A stretch of DNA of 63,947 bases, filler included, from an uncultured bacterium (GTDB lineage Bacteria > CAZSTA01): the NCBI GenBank assembly GCA_964609495.1. It is 3 parts of 3 records of this genome, joined end to end, with 100 filler letters (N's around TTAATTAATTAA, not from the genome) between each part and the next. Parts side by side here need not be neighbours in the genome. Positions count along the whole stretch, not along the records: positions 1 to 28,350 come from CAZSTA010000024.1; 2 more parts are not named here. The stretch is one strand, 5' to 3'. Numbering within the stretch: position 1 is the stretch's first letter; each line of letters starts with the position of its first letter. This document shows positions 11,144-21,060 of the stretch, in pieces. The translations under genes and the position numbers were made by a program. The notes beneath the pieces are model-generated. The model ran no database searches. It had not been told where the DNA came from and saw nothing but the letters and a program-made list of their open reading frames with translations.

Positions 11144-11174
11144 AGCGACCTTATTTGAAGGTCGCTTTAATTTT
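11144..11174 (+). terminator. Rho-independent terminator after tRNA operon
   Basis: AGCGACCTT-ATTTG-AAGGTCGCT followed by T-rich tail. Confidence 0.75.
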
Positions 11175-11179
11175 AGGAA

Positions 11180-12586
11180 ATGGATTTAATTTTTCGAGTG
11201 ATCTCCACTATAGAGAGATTTAATATGCTTGAGAGTGGAGACAGAGTAATAATAGGTGTATCTGGAGGCCCAGATTCGGTAGCCCTTCTATATCTCCTTC
11301 TATCTTTAAGGGATAAATACGATCTATCCTTGAAGATCGCTCATCTTAATCACAAATTGCGGGGAGAGGAATCGGAACAGGATGCCGCTTATGTGGAAAA
11401 ACTTGCTCAGTCCCTTGACCTTCCTTATAGGATAGAAGCTAGAGAGGTATCCTCATTGGCTAAGAAGGAGAGGTTGTCCCTCGAAGAAGCAGCGCGAAAG
11501 GTGAGATATAGCTTTCTATATGAGATCACAGATGATTTCCGAGCTGACAAGATCGCCCTAGGTCATAACCTTGATGATCAGATAGAAACCTTCCTGCTGT
11601 GGATGATAAGAGGGGCAGGATTGGACGGGTTAAGGGGAATACCTCCTAGTCGCGATAAGATCATCCGCCCACTTTTAGAGACCCCTCGCTCTGATATAGA
11701 GGCTTATCTGAAGGAGAGAGGTATATATTGGCGAGTGGATCGCTCCAATGAAGAATTTGACTACCTCCGTAATAGGATCAGGGGAGAATTGATTCCCCTT
11801 CTAGCTTCTTCCTACAATCCGAACATCAGGGATACGATAAATCGCTCTCTCATCTCGATCAGAGACGATCTGGATTTCATCGAGAGGGAGGTTGAAGCTG
11901 AACTTCCCCATTTAATTAGTAGGAAGGATAAGGGCGAGATAGCGATCGATCTTTTCCAGTTATCATCTTATCATATCGCTCTTCAGAGGAGAGTGATACG
12001 CGCTCTCATAAGGCATCTGAAAGGCGATCTAAGGGAGATAACCTTCGGACATATTGAGGATATATTGAGATTAGCGGTTGAAGGGCGAAGCGGAGCGGAA
12101 TTGAATCTGCCCTATGGGATCGTAGTTCACAGAAGTTATCAAGAATTGATCCTAAGCTTAAGGGGAGTTATCAAAATTTCTCCTAAAGTATATAGGAAAT
12201 TAGCTATACCTGGGATCACTGGGATCCCAGAATGGAGTTTAGAAGTTGAAGCTCACCTGTTAAAACCTGATGAAGTTGACTCTTATTGTAAAGGCAGAGA
12301 GGAAGTATGTCTTGATTATGATAAGATCGAAGGAGATATAGTAATCAGAAACCGACTTCCTGGGGATAAGTTTAGTCCGATCGGTCTTAAAGGCACTAAG
12401 AAGATCAAGGACCTTTTTATCGAAGCTAAGATACCAAGAGAGAAAAGGGGATATATACCTCTGATCGCTACGGAGAAGATGATAATTTGGGTGGTAGGAG
12501 GGAGGATAGATGAGAGAGTCAAGATCACTTCCGAGACCGAGCATATTTTACATCTGAAGGTAAAAGGCGCACTTCTATATCTTTAG
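11180..12586 (+). CDS. tilS: tRNA(Ile)-lysidine synthetase
   Basis: SGGPDS PP-loop, HLNHKLRG, GHNLDDQIET, RPLL, RNRIR, C-terminal KKIKDLF domain. Confidence 0.97.
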   Translation: MDLIFRVISTIERFNMLESGDRVIIGVSGGPDSVALLYLLLSLRDKYDLSLKIAHLNHKLRGEESEQDAAYVEKLAQSLDLPYRIEAREVSSLAKKERLSLEEAARKVRYSFLYEITDDFRADKIALGHNLDDQIETFLLWMIRGAGLDGLRGIPPSRDKIIRPLLETPRSDIEAYLKERGIYWRVDRSNEEFDYLRNRIRGELIPLLASSYNPNIRDTINRSLISIRDDLDFIEREVEAELPHLISRKDKGEIAIDLFQLSSYHIALQRRVIRALIRHLKGDLREITFGHIEDILRLAVEGRSGAELNLPYGIVVHRSYQELILSLRGVIKISPKVYRKLAIPGITGIPEWSLEVEAHLLKPDEVDSYCKGREEVCLDYDKIEGDIVIRNRLPGDKFSPIGLKGTKKIKDLFIEAKIPREKRGYIPLIATEKMIIWVVGGRIDERVKITSETEHILHLKVKGALLYL

Positions 12587-12598
12587 GGGAGGTCAAAT

Positions 12599-13144
12599 AT
12601 GTATGAGGATGATATAAGCGAAATATTGCTTACCGAGGAGCAGATACAGGAGAAGATCAAGGAATTGGGAAAGGTGATCTCTGGTGAATATCGAGGGAAA
12701 GATCTATTTCTGATCGGAGTTCTAAAGGGTGCGGTAGTCTTTATGGCGGATCTGATCCGCCATATATCGATCCCCCTTTCCTTCGACTTCATGGCGGCCT
12801 CAAGTTATAGAGATTCATCTCAATCCTCGGGAAGGGTTCGGATACTCAAGGATCTCGATGATGATGTAAGAGATCGCAATGTTCTCTTCATTGAGGATAT
12901 TATTGATACTGGATTAACCCTGGGCTATTTGATGAAGGTTCTAAAATCGCGCAAGCCAGCTAGTTTAAGGATTTGTGCCTTGCTGAATAAACCTGAGAGA
13001 AGGGAGATAGAGGTCAAAGTTGATTTTTCTGGCTTTATTATTCCCAATAGATTTGTGGTGGGATATGGCTTAGATTACAATGAGAGGTATAGGAATGCTC
13101 CCTTCATCTTTATCCCTAAGAATGAGGTCTTCGAGCGCGCATAA
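12599..13144 (+). CDS. hpt: Hypoxanthine phosphoribosyltransferase
   Basis: GVLKGA, EDIIDTGLTL, FVVGYGLDY. Confidence 0.97.
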   Translation: MYEDDISEILLTEEQIQEKIKELGKVISGEYRGKDLFLIGVLKGAVVFMADLIRHISIPLSFDFMAASSYRDSSQSSGRVRILKDLDDDVRDRNVLFIEDIIDTGLTLGYLMKVLKSRKPASLRICALLNKPERREIEVKVDFSGFIIPNRFVVGYGLDYNERYRNAPFIFIPKNEVFERA

Positions 13145-13151
13145 TTTTTTC

Positions 13152-13180
13152 TTGACATATCCGAACTTGTATGCTATACT
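13152..13180 (+). promoter_or_regulatory. sigma70 promoter
   Basis: TTGACA-17 bp-TATACT with extended -10 TG. Confidence 0.7.
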
Positions 13181-13301
13181 TAAATTGTCTGGAGGCTTGT
13201 TTCAGATAATTTTGCATAATCTTCTGGATTTGTTGAGACTAAGTTTCGCAATTATGCATAATGCGATTTCCAAGCGGATCTTGGGAAAGCTTACAAGATA
13301 G

Positions 13302-13604
13302 GTGATTGATTCTATGGAAATCGGGAAAATAGATGTTCCAATCAGTGAAAGTAATCGGGAATTTAGGAGGTGGGGGGAGGAATTAAGTTTTTTCAATAGT
13401 ATCAAAGGGAAATTATGGGAAGATGAAGCTTATAGAGATAAATTTGTGGCAATTAGAGACAAAAAGGTGATTGATTCTGATCTTGATGACTTCAAATTAG
13501 TCAAGCGAATTAATAAGAAGTATCCTAGTGAAGTTGTTCTAATTGCAAAAGTAGAAATGGGTATGCGTGTGGCCAAAATACCATCACCGAGGATAGTGCT
13601 ATGA
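13302..13604 (+). CDS. Small hypothetical protein, DUF5678-like
   Basis: YRDKFVAIRDKKVIDSD.D...L motif resembles DUF5678. Confidence 0.6.
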   Translation: MIDSMEIGKIDVPISESNREFRRWGEELSFFNSIKGKLWEDEAYRDKFVAIRDKKVIDSDLDDFKLVKRINKKYPSEVVLIAKVEMGMRVAKIPSPRIVL

Positions 13605-13700
13605 AATTCGAGTAGCTGAGATTATCGCTATAGGAAACGAATTATTAATAGGAGAAACGTTAGATATAAATACGCATTAGCTTCTAAAAATTATAAATTA
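13601..13700 (+). pseudogene. cinA: Relic of the 5' end of a cinA (competence/damage-inducible, MoCF-domain) gene
   Basis: Frame from 13612 reads VAEIIAIGNELLIGETLDINTH*, matching the CinA N-terminus; the ATG at 13601 is out of frame and TAG is at 13678. Confidence 0.7.
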
Positions 13701-13924
13701 TTTGAGAATATAGCTTGGGGTCTATTAGACTTCAGGCTAAGGAATTGATCTTTCATTTTTCGATAAAGACAAAGATCCGATAGATCACAGAATTTAGATT
13801 ATATTCGCTGGCAAATTCATTTTGCAGTTAAGTAGATTATTCAGAAGAAGAGATGAAAATTATTCCCTTTGGAATCTACTGAGCCTGATTGAAGAAAGTC
13901 GGGTTAGTTAGGGGTGAAGTTTTT

Positions 13925-15733
13925 TTGAATTCAAGAAATATAAGAGCTATCGCTCTTTATATAATTATTGGGATATTTATATTTTACGCGATGAGCTTAC
14001 TTTCGGATATGAGGGGTTCATCAAAGAAGATGCTCTTTAGCGAGTTCATCGAGTTAGTAAATATGGGAAGGGTGGAGAAGGTAAAGATAGATGGTAGCAC
14101 AATAATTGGTGATACCTATGATGGAACTCCCTTTATTACCTACGCTCCTTCCGATTATGAGGGTTTATCCAAACTCCTTTTAGAAAAAAATGTTCTATTG
14201 GAAGCAGAGCCTCCCAGTCGCACTCCTTGGTGGTCTCTATTATGGCAGATCTTACCCTTTATAGCGCTGATAGGTCTATGGATCTTTATGGTTCAACAGA
14301 TGCAGGGAAGTGGTAACCGAGCTTTATCCTTTGGAAAGAGTCGAGCCAAGCTTATGTCCGCTAATCAACAGAAGATCACCTTTGATGATGTCGCCGCTTT
14401 AGATGAGGCGAAACAGGAATTACAGGAGATCGTTGAGTTCCTAAAAGCTCCCAAGAAGTTCCAGAAGGTAGGAGCGAAGATACCTAAAGGGGTGCTATTA
14501 TTCGGTGCTCCTGGAACTGGCAAGACCCTATTAGCTAGAGCGATCGCCGGAGAAGCTGGCGTTCCCTTCTTCTCCATCAGTGGTTCTGACTTTGTGGAGA
14601 TGTTCGTAGGAGTGGGAGCTTCCAGAGTGAGAGATCTATTCGATCAAGCGAAGAAGAATTCTCCTTGTATCGTCTTCGTCGACGAGTTAGACGCGGTAGG
14701 TCGTCATAGGGGAGCTGGCTTGGGGGGAGGTCATGATGAACGGGAACAAACCCTGAACCAACTTCTGGTGGAGATGGATGGCTTCGATCCTAACGAGGGA
14801 GTTATCATAGTTGCGGCGACTAACAGACCGGATATTCTGGACCCAGCCCTGCTTCGACCGGGTCGCTTCGATAGGCATATCGTGGTCGATAAGCCCGATC
14901 TGAATGGACGAGAGGCGATTCTCAAGGTTCATTCTCGTAACAAGCCCTTGGATGAGGATGTCGATCTTAGAGTATTAGCTCGTCGAACTCCTGGTTTTGT
15001 TGGCTCTGATCTCGAGAATCTTCTCAATGAGGCGGCTATCTTGACCGCTCGAGTTGGAAAAGAGCGGATCGGGATGGAGGAGTGTGAAGAGGCTATCGAT
15101 CGAGTTATTGCGGGTCCAGAGAGAAAGAGTCGAATCATCAGCGATAGGGAGAAGGAGATCGTAGCTTACCATGAGTGTGGCCATGCCATGGTAGCTAAGT
15201 TACTACCTAATACCGATCCGGTTCATAAGATCTCCATAATTCCCAGGGGTGCTCATGCCTTGGGATATACGCTCCAGCTACCGATAGAGGATAGATATCT
15301 AGCCAGCAAGAGTGAACTTATGGACAGCATTTCCGTTCTTTTAGGAGGGAGAGCGGCAGAGGATTTGATGTTTCATGAGATAACGACTGGGGCGGAGGAT
15401 GATCTCAAGAAAGCTACTGAGACCGCTCATCGTATGGTATGTGAGTATGGGATGAGCGAGGAGCTAGGTCCTCTAACCCTGGGAAGGAAAGAGGAACAGG
15501 TATTTCTGGGGCGAGATATCGTCCGGGATAAAAATTATAGCGATAAGATCGCTTATATGATAGATTCGGAAATCCGTAAGATAATCAACACTTGTTACCA
15601 GAAGGCTACGACTCTCTTGCGGGAAAATAGAGCTAAGTTGGAGAGCCTATCTAGACTGTTATTAGAGAGGGAGGTTATCGAAGGTTCTGAATTAGAAGCG
15701 TTATTAAATGGGACATTAGCAACGGTTAGCTGA
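13925..15733 (+). CDS. ftsH: ATP-dependent zinc metalloprotease FtsH
   Basis: Two TMs, [34 protein letters not shown] start chosen after AGGGGTG RBS. Confidence 0.99.
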   Translation: MNSRNIRAIALYIIIGIFIFYAMSLLSDMRGSSKKMLFSEFIELVNMGRVEKVKIDGSTIIGDTYDGTPFITYAPSDYEGLSKLLLEKNVLLEAEPPSRTPWWSLLWQILPFIALIGLWIFMVQQMQGSGNRALSFGKSRAKLMSANQQKITFDDVAALDEAKQELQEIVEFLKAPKKFQKVGAKIPKGVLLFGAPGTGKTLLARAIAGEAGVPFFSISGSDFVEMFVGVGASRVRDLFDQAKKNSPCIVFVDELDAVGRHRGAGLGGGHDEREQTLNQLLVEMDGFDPNEGVIIVAATNRPDILDPALLRPGRFDRHIVVDKPDLNGREAILKVHSRNKPLDEDVDLRVLARRTPGFVGSDLENLLNEAAILTARVGKERIGMEECEEAIDRVIAGPERKSRIISDREKEIVAYHECGHAMVAKLLPNTDPVHKISIIPRGAHALGYTLQLPIEDRYLASKSELMDSISVLLGGRAAEDLMFHEITTGAEDDLKKATETAHRMVCEYGMSEELGPLTLGRKEEQVFLGRDIVRDKNYSDKIAYMIDSEIRKIINTCYQKATTLLRENRAKLESLSRLLLEREVIEGSELEALLNGTLATVS

Positions 15734-15791
15734 AGATAAATACCGTTATAAATAAGAGGTTGCTAATAGGTATATTTGCAAATGTAAGAGA

Positions 15792-15825
15792 GACTGTCGG
15801 AGGAACCGACAGTCCTTAATTTTTT
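15792..15825 (+). terminator. Rho-independent terminator of ftsH
   Basis: GACTGTCGG-AGGAA-CCGACAGTC plus T-rich tail. Confidence 0.75.
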
Positions 15826-15841
15826 CGGTATCAATCGGATG

Positions 15842-16085
15842 CATATGAAATCTGGGATCTGAGATCTAATTTACTCTATATTACACCCTCCCCCTATCCC
15901 CTCCCATCGAGGGAGGGGGAGCTAAAGAGATCAGCTCTATCTCGATGTTCCCTAAAAGGTAACTTTTTTGCTTCAAATAGAACTCATGGTTAAAAAAGTT
16001 ACCTTTTTCCCCTCGTGGGAGAGGGCCAGGGTGAGGGGGAGTTATAACTCGATCTGAAATCATTTTGATTCCCGATTTTATATGT
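15842..16085. mobile_element. MITE-like nested inverted-repeat element with two boxC-like repeats
   Basis: Outer imperfect IR (CATATGAAATCTGGGATC / GATTCCCGATTTTATATG); inverted boxC-like units at 15884-15920 and 16009-16040; inner perfect 16-bp IR at 15954-15969/15992-16007. Confidence 0.55.
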
Positions 16086-16106
16086 TTTCTTTCCCATTCT
16101 TTTTGC

Positions 16107-16135
16107 TTGACAAAGAGTTTATTCTTATATATAAT
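16107..16135 (+). promoter_or_regulatory. sigma70 promoter
   Basis: Consensus TTGACA-17 bp-TATAAT. Confidence 0.8.
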
Positions 16136-16191
16136 ATACCAAGTGTTTCGTGAGCATCCATTAATCCGATAAACAAGGAGAGATTAGCTAA

Positions 16192-17184
16192 ATGGTAAAA
16201 GTATATTATGATCAGGATGCGGATTTATCTTATCTCAAGGATAAGACTTCCGCTATAATAGGGTATGGTAATCAAGGTAAAGCCCAAGCGATGAATATGA
16301 GGGACAGTGGCCTCTCAGTTATCATCGGTAGTATCAAAGATGCTAGCTGGGACGAGGCTGTCGAGGATGGCTTCCAAGTATATCCCATAAAGGAGGCCTC
16401 CCAAAAGGGGGACATTATCTTTCTCCTCATCCCCGATGAGGTTCAGAAAGATGTTTATGAGAAGGAGATCAAAGAGGCATTAACCTCGGGTAAGGCGCTT
16501 AACTTCGCTCACGGCTATAATATTCGCTATGGCCTTATTAAACCTCCCGAAGATGTGGATGTTATAATGGTTGCCCCTCGTATGATAGGTGTTCGAGTGC
16601 GAACCTCCTTTGTCGAAGGGACAGGAGTTCCCTCCTTCCTAGCTGTGGAACAGGATGCCTCCGGGCACGCTAAAGATATAGCCTTAGCTATATCCAAAGC
16701 TATTGGATCGACCCGAGTAGGCGTTCTCGAATCGAGCTTCGCCGAGGAAACCGAACTCGATCTCTTCTCTGAGCAGTTTATATGGCCGGTCATTACGCGA
16801 ACTTTCCGACTTTCCTTTGAATTATTGGTAGAGGCTGGTTATTCTCCAGAAATAGTCGCCTTAGAGTTATATGGATCTGAGGAAGCCTCCGAGGTATTCC
16901 GAGAGATGGCTAGGGTGGGTTTCTTCAAGCAGATGAGCTTCCATTCCCATACCAGCCAATATGGAACTTTAACCCGAGGTCCTAGAGTTATGCCTGAAGA
17001 GGAGAAGGAGCTTATAAAAGAGATATTGGAGGAGATAAAGGATGGCTCCTTCTCCAAGGAGTGGGAGGAGGAACAGAAGAAGGGATACCCCATCTTTAAC
17101 CGACTTAAAGAGGAAGCTCTTCAGCATCCTATGAATCAGGCGGAGGAAAATATTGGAAGATTGATAAAAGGTTTGAGAGATTAG
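16192..17184 (+). CDS. ilvC: Ketol-acid reductoisomerase family protein (divergent class I)
   Basis: IIGYGNQGKAQA, FAHGYNI, EETELDLFSEQ, SHTSQYG. Confidence 0.8.
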   Translation: MVKVYYDQDADLSYLKDKTSAIIGYGNQGKAQAMNMRDSGLSVIIGSIKDASWDEAVEDGFQVYPIKEASQKGDIIFLLIPDEVQKDVYEKEIKEALTSGKALNFAHGYNIRYGLIKPPEDVDVIMVAPRMIGVRVRTSFVEGTGVPSFLAVEQDASGHAKDIALAISKAIGSTRVGVLESSFAEETELDLFSEQFIWPVITRTFRLSFELLVEAGYSPEIVALELYGSEEASEVFREMARVGFFKQMSFHSHTSQYGTLTRGPRVMPEEEKELIKEILEEIKDGSFSKEWEEEQKKGYPIFNRLKEEALQHPMNQAEENIGRLIKGLRD

Positions 17185-17251
17185 ATCATAGCAATTGAGT
17201 TCACTTTTCCAATTTCAGAGGGGGAGAGGTTCTGAAGGGAGGTTTTGTATT

Positions 17252-18292
17252 ATGAAGGATGTTCGTATTGGGATATTGGGGGCGGGATTCGTAGCTGACT
17301 TCTATATGCAAGGTCTAGCTGATGTTCCCCATCAAGAGGTAATAGTTGTCTGCTCTGGGACTGAAGAGCATGCCCAAAATTTTGCGGGGAAATGGAATAT
17401 CCCTAATTTTACTACGGATTGGGATGATATCCTCAAGCGAGATGATCTAAATTTAGTTCTTATCGCTCTCCCTAACTATCTCCATAAAGAGGCTGTTCTG
17501 AAGCTGGTGGAGGCTGGGAAGAATATGGTCTGTACCAAGCCTCTGGCGAGGAATAGAGCTGAAGCCAAGGATATATGGGAGGCTGTTAAAAGCAGTGAAG
17601 TTATGCATGGCTATGCTGAAACCGAGGTCTTTGCCCCAGCAGTGGTCAAAGCCAGAGAGATCATAGAGCAGGGGGGCATTGGAGAAGTAACTTGGGTGAG
17701 ATCACGAGAGGCACATTTAGGACCTCACTCCCCTTGGTTCTGGGATCCGGAACTTGCCGGAGGAGGGGCTTTAGTAGATATGGGATGCCACTGCATAGAG
17801 GCGGGGAGATATTTCTTCGGCAAAGAGGTAAAGCCTTTAGAGGTATTCGTCTGGGGAGATACTTTAACTCATCAGGATAGGACTACCGCTGAGGATAACG
17901 CCCTTCTCCTGATCAAATTTGAGGGGGGAAAGATAGCTCAAGCGGAGGTCAGTTGGTCCTCTCACGGAGGATTAGATCTAAGAAATGAGATATATGGAAC
18001 TCAAGGATCGATCTTCACCGATGTGACTAGGGGAACTCCTATCAATGTCTTTTCCTTAACTGGATCGGGATATGCTTTGGAGAAGGCCGAAGCCGATAAG
18101 GGCTGGGTTATCCCCGTTCCCGAAGAGGCTATGGTTTACGGATATCAAGAGGAGATGAAGCACTTCGTTGATTGTGTGCGTGAAGGAAAAACCCCCCGAG
18201 AGACCTTTGAGGATGGATATATCGTTAATGCCATCTTAGAAGCAGGGTATATATCGATGAAATCTGGAAAGTGGGAGAAGGTTGAGCTTTAG
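17252..18292 (+). CDS. Gfo/Idh/MocA family oxidoreductase
   Basis: IGILGAGF, CTKPLA, GGGALVDMGCH; start placed at ATG after GGAGG. Confidence 0.9.
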   Translation: MKDVRIGILGAGFVADFYMQGLADVPHQEVIVVCSGTEEHAQNFAGKWNIPNFTTDWDDILKRDDLNLVLIALPNYLHKEAVLKLVEAGKNMVCTKPLARNRAEAKDIWEAVKSSEVMHGYAETEVFAPAVVKAREIIEQGGIGEVTWVRSREAHLGPHSPWFWDPELAGGGALVDMGCHCIEAGRYFFGKEVKPLEVFVWGDTLTHQDRTTAEDNALLLIKFEGGKIAQAEVSWSSHGGLDLRNEIYGTQGSIFTDVTRGTPINVFSLTGSGYALEKAEADKGWVIPVPEEAMVYGYQEEMKHFVDCVREGKTPRETFEDGYIVNAILEAGYISMKSGKWEKVEL

Positions 18293-18418
18293 AGAGGAAC
18301 ATTAGGGGAGTTAAATGAGAGAGAGGTGATCATATATCTAGGAGAGAAGCATAATCGTATAAGGTAAGGGAATCGTTTGAAAACTATTAATAGCAATGAA
18401 GAAAGGAGACAAACAATA

Positions 18419-19186
18419 ATGGAACTAGCAATATCAGGTTGGAGTCTTCACAGAGAGATACCCAAGAAAACGTCTTTGTTGGATTTCCCAAGGATCGCGG
18501 CTCAGGAGTTCGGGGTAAAAGCTATAGAGCTTAATTCACCCTTCTTCGCCTCTACGAAGCCAGATTATCTAGCAACCTTAAAGAAGAAGATGGCTGATGA
18601 GGGAGTAGTCCCGATTAATATCGCGGTGGATTTAGGTAATATCGCCAATCCGGATGATGAACAAAGAGCCAAGGATATAACTGCTCTCAAAGAGTGGTTC
18701 TCTGTCGCTAAGGCGGTTGGATCTCCCTCCATCAGGATCAACGCTGGTTGGGGAGAACCTGTAGATGAAGCGATGCTTAAACGGGTTATCGCCAGCTATA
18801 AGGAGCTAGTTAAAGAGGCGGAGAAGACCGGAATAAAGATGTTGATCGAGAATCACGGGGGTCCTTCCTCTGATCCAGATAATATCCTTCGTTTCCTAAA
18901 GGAGGTCGGTTCTGAATCCTTCCGCACCTGCCCTGATTTCGGGAATTTCGCTGATGACATCAGATATTCCGCTTTGGAGAAGGTAGCTCCTTATGCCTTC
19001 GTCGTTCATGCTAAGACCTATGACTTCGATGAGGAGGGAAATGAAACTAAGGTTGATATCGGACGTTGTGTAAAGATCATCAAGGATGCAGGTTATGATG
19101 GCTATCTCTCGGTCGAGTTCGAGGGACCTATGGACGAGCATGAGGGGATTAAGAAGAGCCTAGAACTTTTGAAGAGATATCTATAG
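18419..19186 (+). CDS. Sugar phosphate isomerase/epimerase (xylose isomerase-like TIM barrel)
   Basis: IENHGG, CPDFGNF, VHAK, GYLSVEFEG. Confidence 0.9.
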   Translation: MELAISGWSLHREIPKKTSLLDFPRIAAQEFGVKAIELNSPFFASTKPDYLATLKKKMADEGVVPINIAVDLGNIANPDDEQRAKDITALKEWFSVAKAVGSPSIRINAGWGEPVDEAMLKRVIASYKELVKEAEKTGIKMLIENHGGPSSDPDNILRFLKEVGSESFRTCPDFGNFADDIRYSALEKVAPYAFVVHAKTYDFDEEGNETKVDIGRCVKIIKDAGYDGYLSVEFEGPMDEHEGIKKSLELLKRYL

Positions 19187-19200
19187 TCGAGCAATAATTC

Positions 19201-19239
19201 AGCGAGTCAGATTGTATGTAGAGAGCGATCTGACTCGCT
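19201..19239 (+). terminator. Intergenic hairpin
   Basis: AGCGAGTCAGAT...ATCTGACTCGCT 12-bp stem; no clear U-tract. Confidence 0.45.
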
Positions 19240-19266
19240 ATTACATAGGATCGAAAAGGAGACGAT

Positions 19267-20364
19267 ATGGAGCTTACCCCCAAAGAGAGAGTTTGGAGGG
19301 CGATGAGCCTCGAGGAGCCAGATATAGTTCCAGTATTCCCGGTGATAACTGGGTATCATACCTCTAAAGCTCTGGGGATACCTTATGCTGAGGTGATTAT
19401 GAATCCCAAGCTATATTACGATCTATTGTATCGAGCCTGGGAATTATATAGGTATGATGGTTTTGAGGTCCCCTTAATACTGCTGGAGGATTGGCAGGAG
19501 AAATATGATTTGGAAAAAGAGGGGGATATAACTTGGGTTAAAGAGAAGGGGAGCGGAAGGGTGATCGGGAAGATCGAGGATGATGACTTTGTAGCGGCTA
19601 GCTCTGAACCTCCTATCAAGGAGGAAAGCGATCTTAAGAAGATCAAGATCATAGACTGTAATGATTATCTGAAAAGCGGGGTAATGGAGCCAATAAAGGA
19701 GTTAATCGATAAGATTGGAGATGGAGCTTTCCTATCTGGTCCTGCCGCTAGTCAATCGATGAACTTTCTGGTAGCTCAGCGCGGTTCTCAACAGGCGATG
19801 TTAGATCTGATAGATAATCCCTCTCTTGCTAAGAAGATAATGGCTATTGGCACTGAGAGATCTATCGAATTGGGTCGAGCGTTCATCGAGATCGGCATAG
19901 ATGGAATTTATATCGGAGATGCTTGGGCATCCTCAAGTATAATCTCTCCCCAACAGTATAAGGAGTTTTGCCTTCCCTTTCATAGAAAGGCGACCGAAGC
20001 CTTCCATAAATATGGCGTGAAAGTATATCTTCATATCTGTGGCAATTGTTCTCCTATCCTAGAGATGATGGCTGATACCGGAGTCGATGCTATCGAACCT
20101 CTGGATCCATTAGGAGGAGTGGATATAGCTGACGCTAAAAGGAGAGTGGGGGATAGAGTGTGTCTCAAAGGAGGAGTAAATACCTTGACCTTGCTTCAAG
20201 GGACTCCGGAGGATGTGAGAAGAGAGGTGAGATACTGCATAGAGAATGCAGGAAGAGGAGGGGGATTATTGGTAGGGTCAGGAGATGATATTCCCAAAGA
20301 TAGTCCGGTGGATAATGTGAAGGCTATGGTCGAGGAGTCGCATCGCTGGGAATATCCATTATAA
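19267..20364 (+). CDS. Uroporphyrinogen decarboxylase / methylcobamide methyltransferase (MtaA/CmuA-like) family protein
   Basis: LTPKERV, ISPQQYKEF, LHICG, GTPEDV, C-terminal P.DSP.DNVKAM. Confidence 0.85.
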   Translation: MELTPKERVWRAMSLEEPDIVPVFPVITGYHTSKALGIPYAEVIMNPKLYYDLLYRAWELYRYDGFEVPLILLEDWQEKYDLEKEGDITWVKEKGSGRVIGKIEDDDFVAASSEPPIKEESDLKKIKIIDCNDYLKSGVMEPIKELIDKIGDGAFLSGPAASQSMNFLVAQRGSQQAMLDLIDNPSLAKKIMAIGTERSIELGRAFIEIGIDGIYIGDAWASSSIISPQQYKEFCLPFHRKATEAFHKYGVKVYLHICGNCSPILEMMADTGVDAIEPLDPLGGVDIADAKRRVGDRVCLKGGVNTLTLLQGTPEDVRREVRYCIENAGRGGGLLVGSGDDIPKDSPVDNVKAMVEESHRWEYPL

Positions 20365-20518
20365 TATTCTTTAAATCTTTTCCAGAAAAATATAAATTTA
20401 TAAGTCAAATTTGTTACCCTAATATATCCAATTGAAAATTTAAGAAATGTGGAAGAATAGGGATAAATTAAGGTTAACGGTATCTTCTCTGATAATATCT
20501 ACCCTCCTTACAATTTGT

Positions 20519-20535
20519 TTGGCATTAAAATTGCT
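20519..20535 (+). promoter_or_regulatory. sigma54 (-24/-12) promoter
   Basis: TTGGCA-TTAAAA-TTGCT with exact GG-N10-GC spacing upstream of a response regulator. Confidence 0.6.
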
Positions 20536-20691
20536 GATTGTGATATTATGATGAAGGACTTACTTGGAGCTAAGTAGGGTGGCTATCTCAAATTTCCTTC
20601 TCTATGGGCAAAAGGTAGATAATGCTATTTCTTAAGAAGAGAAAGATAGTATAGTAGATGTTAAACTTCGGGATAGGATGGAAGGAAATTA

Positions 20692-21060
20692 GTGAAGAAG
20701 ATATTGATAGTCGATGATGATCGCTCTATACTACGCATATTTGAGTTTTCATTACGGCATGCTGGATATTATACCACCACTGCTTTAGACGGGGCTGAGG
20801 CTATAGAGATAGCCGAAAATGAGAAACCCGATCTGATTCTGATGGATCTAATGATGCCGATATTAGATGGGTGGGAGGCTACAGAAAAACTTAAAGCGGA
20901 TCCTAAGACTAAGGATATACCAGTAGTTGCGATAACTGCAACCTCACCTCAAGGTTGCAAAAGGGCACTCCAGATCGGCTGTATCGATGTCATAACCAAG
21001 CCAGTTTCGACGCTCTCCCTGATCGAGAAGGTTAAAGAGTATTTGCCGAATTACTTATGA
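20692..21060 (+). CDS. Single-domain response regulator (CheY/DivK-like)
   Basis: ILIVDDD, ILMDLMMP.LDG, ITA, TKP. Confidence 0.92.
   Translation: MKKILIVDDDRSILRIFEFSLRHAGYYTTTALDGAEAIEIAENEKPDLILMDLMMPILDGWEATEKLKADPKTKDIPVVAITATSPQGCKRALQIGCIDVITKPVSTLSLIEKVKEYLPNYL

Noticed and set aside
13162..13175. Possible LexA box CGAAC-TTGT-ATGCT in the promoter upstream of the cinA relic
   Set aside because: Only one half-site matches CGAAC-N4-GTTCG
15881..16063. 60-aa ORF containing PPHPGPLPRGEKG
   Set aside because: It is the translation of the boxC-like repeat; spurious
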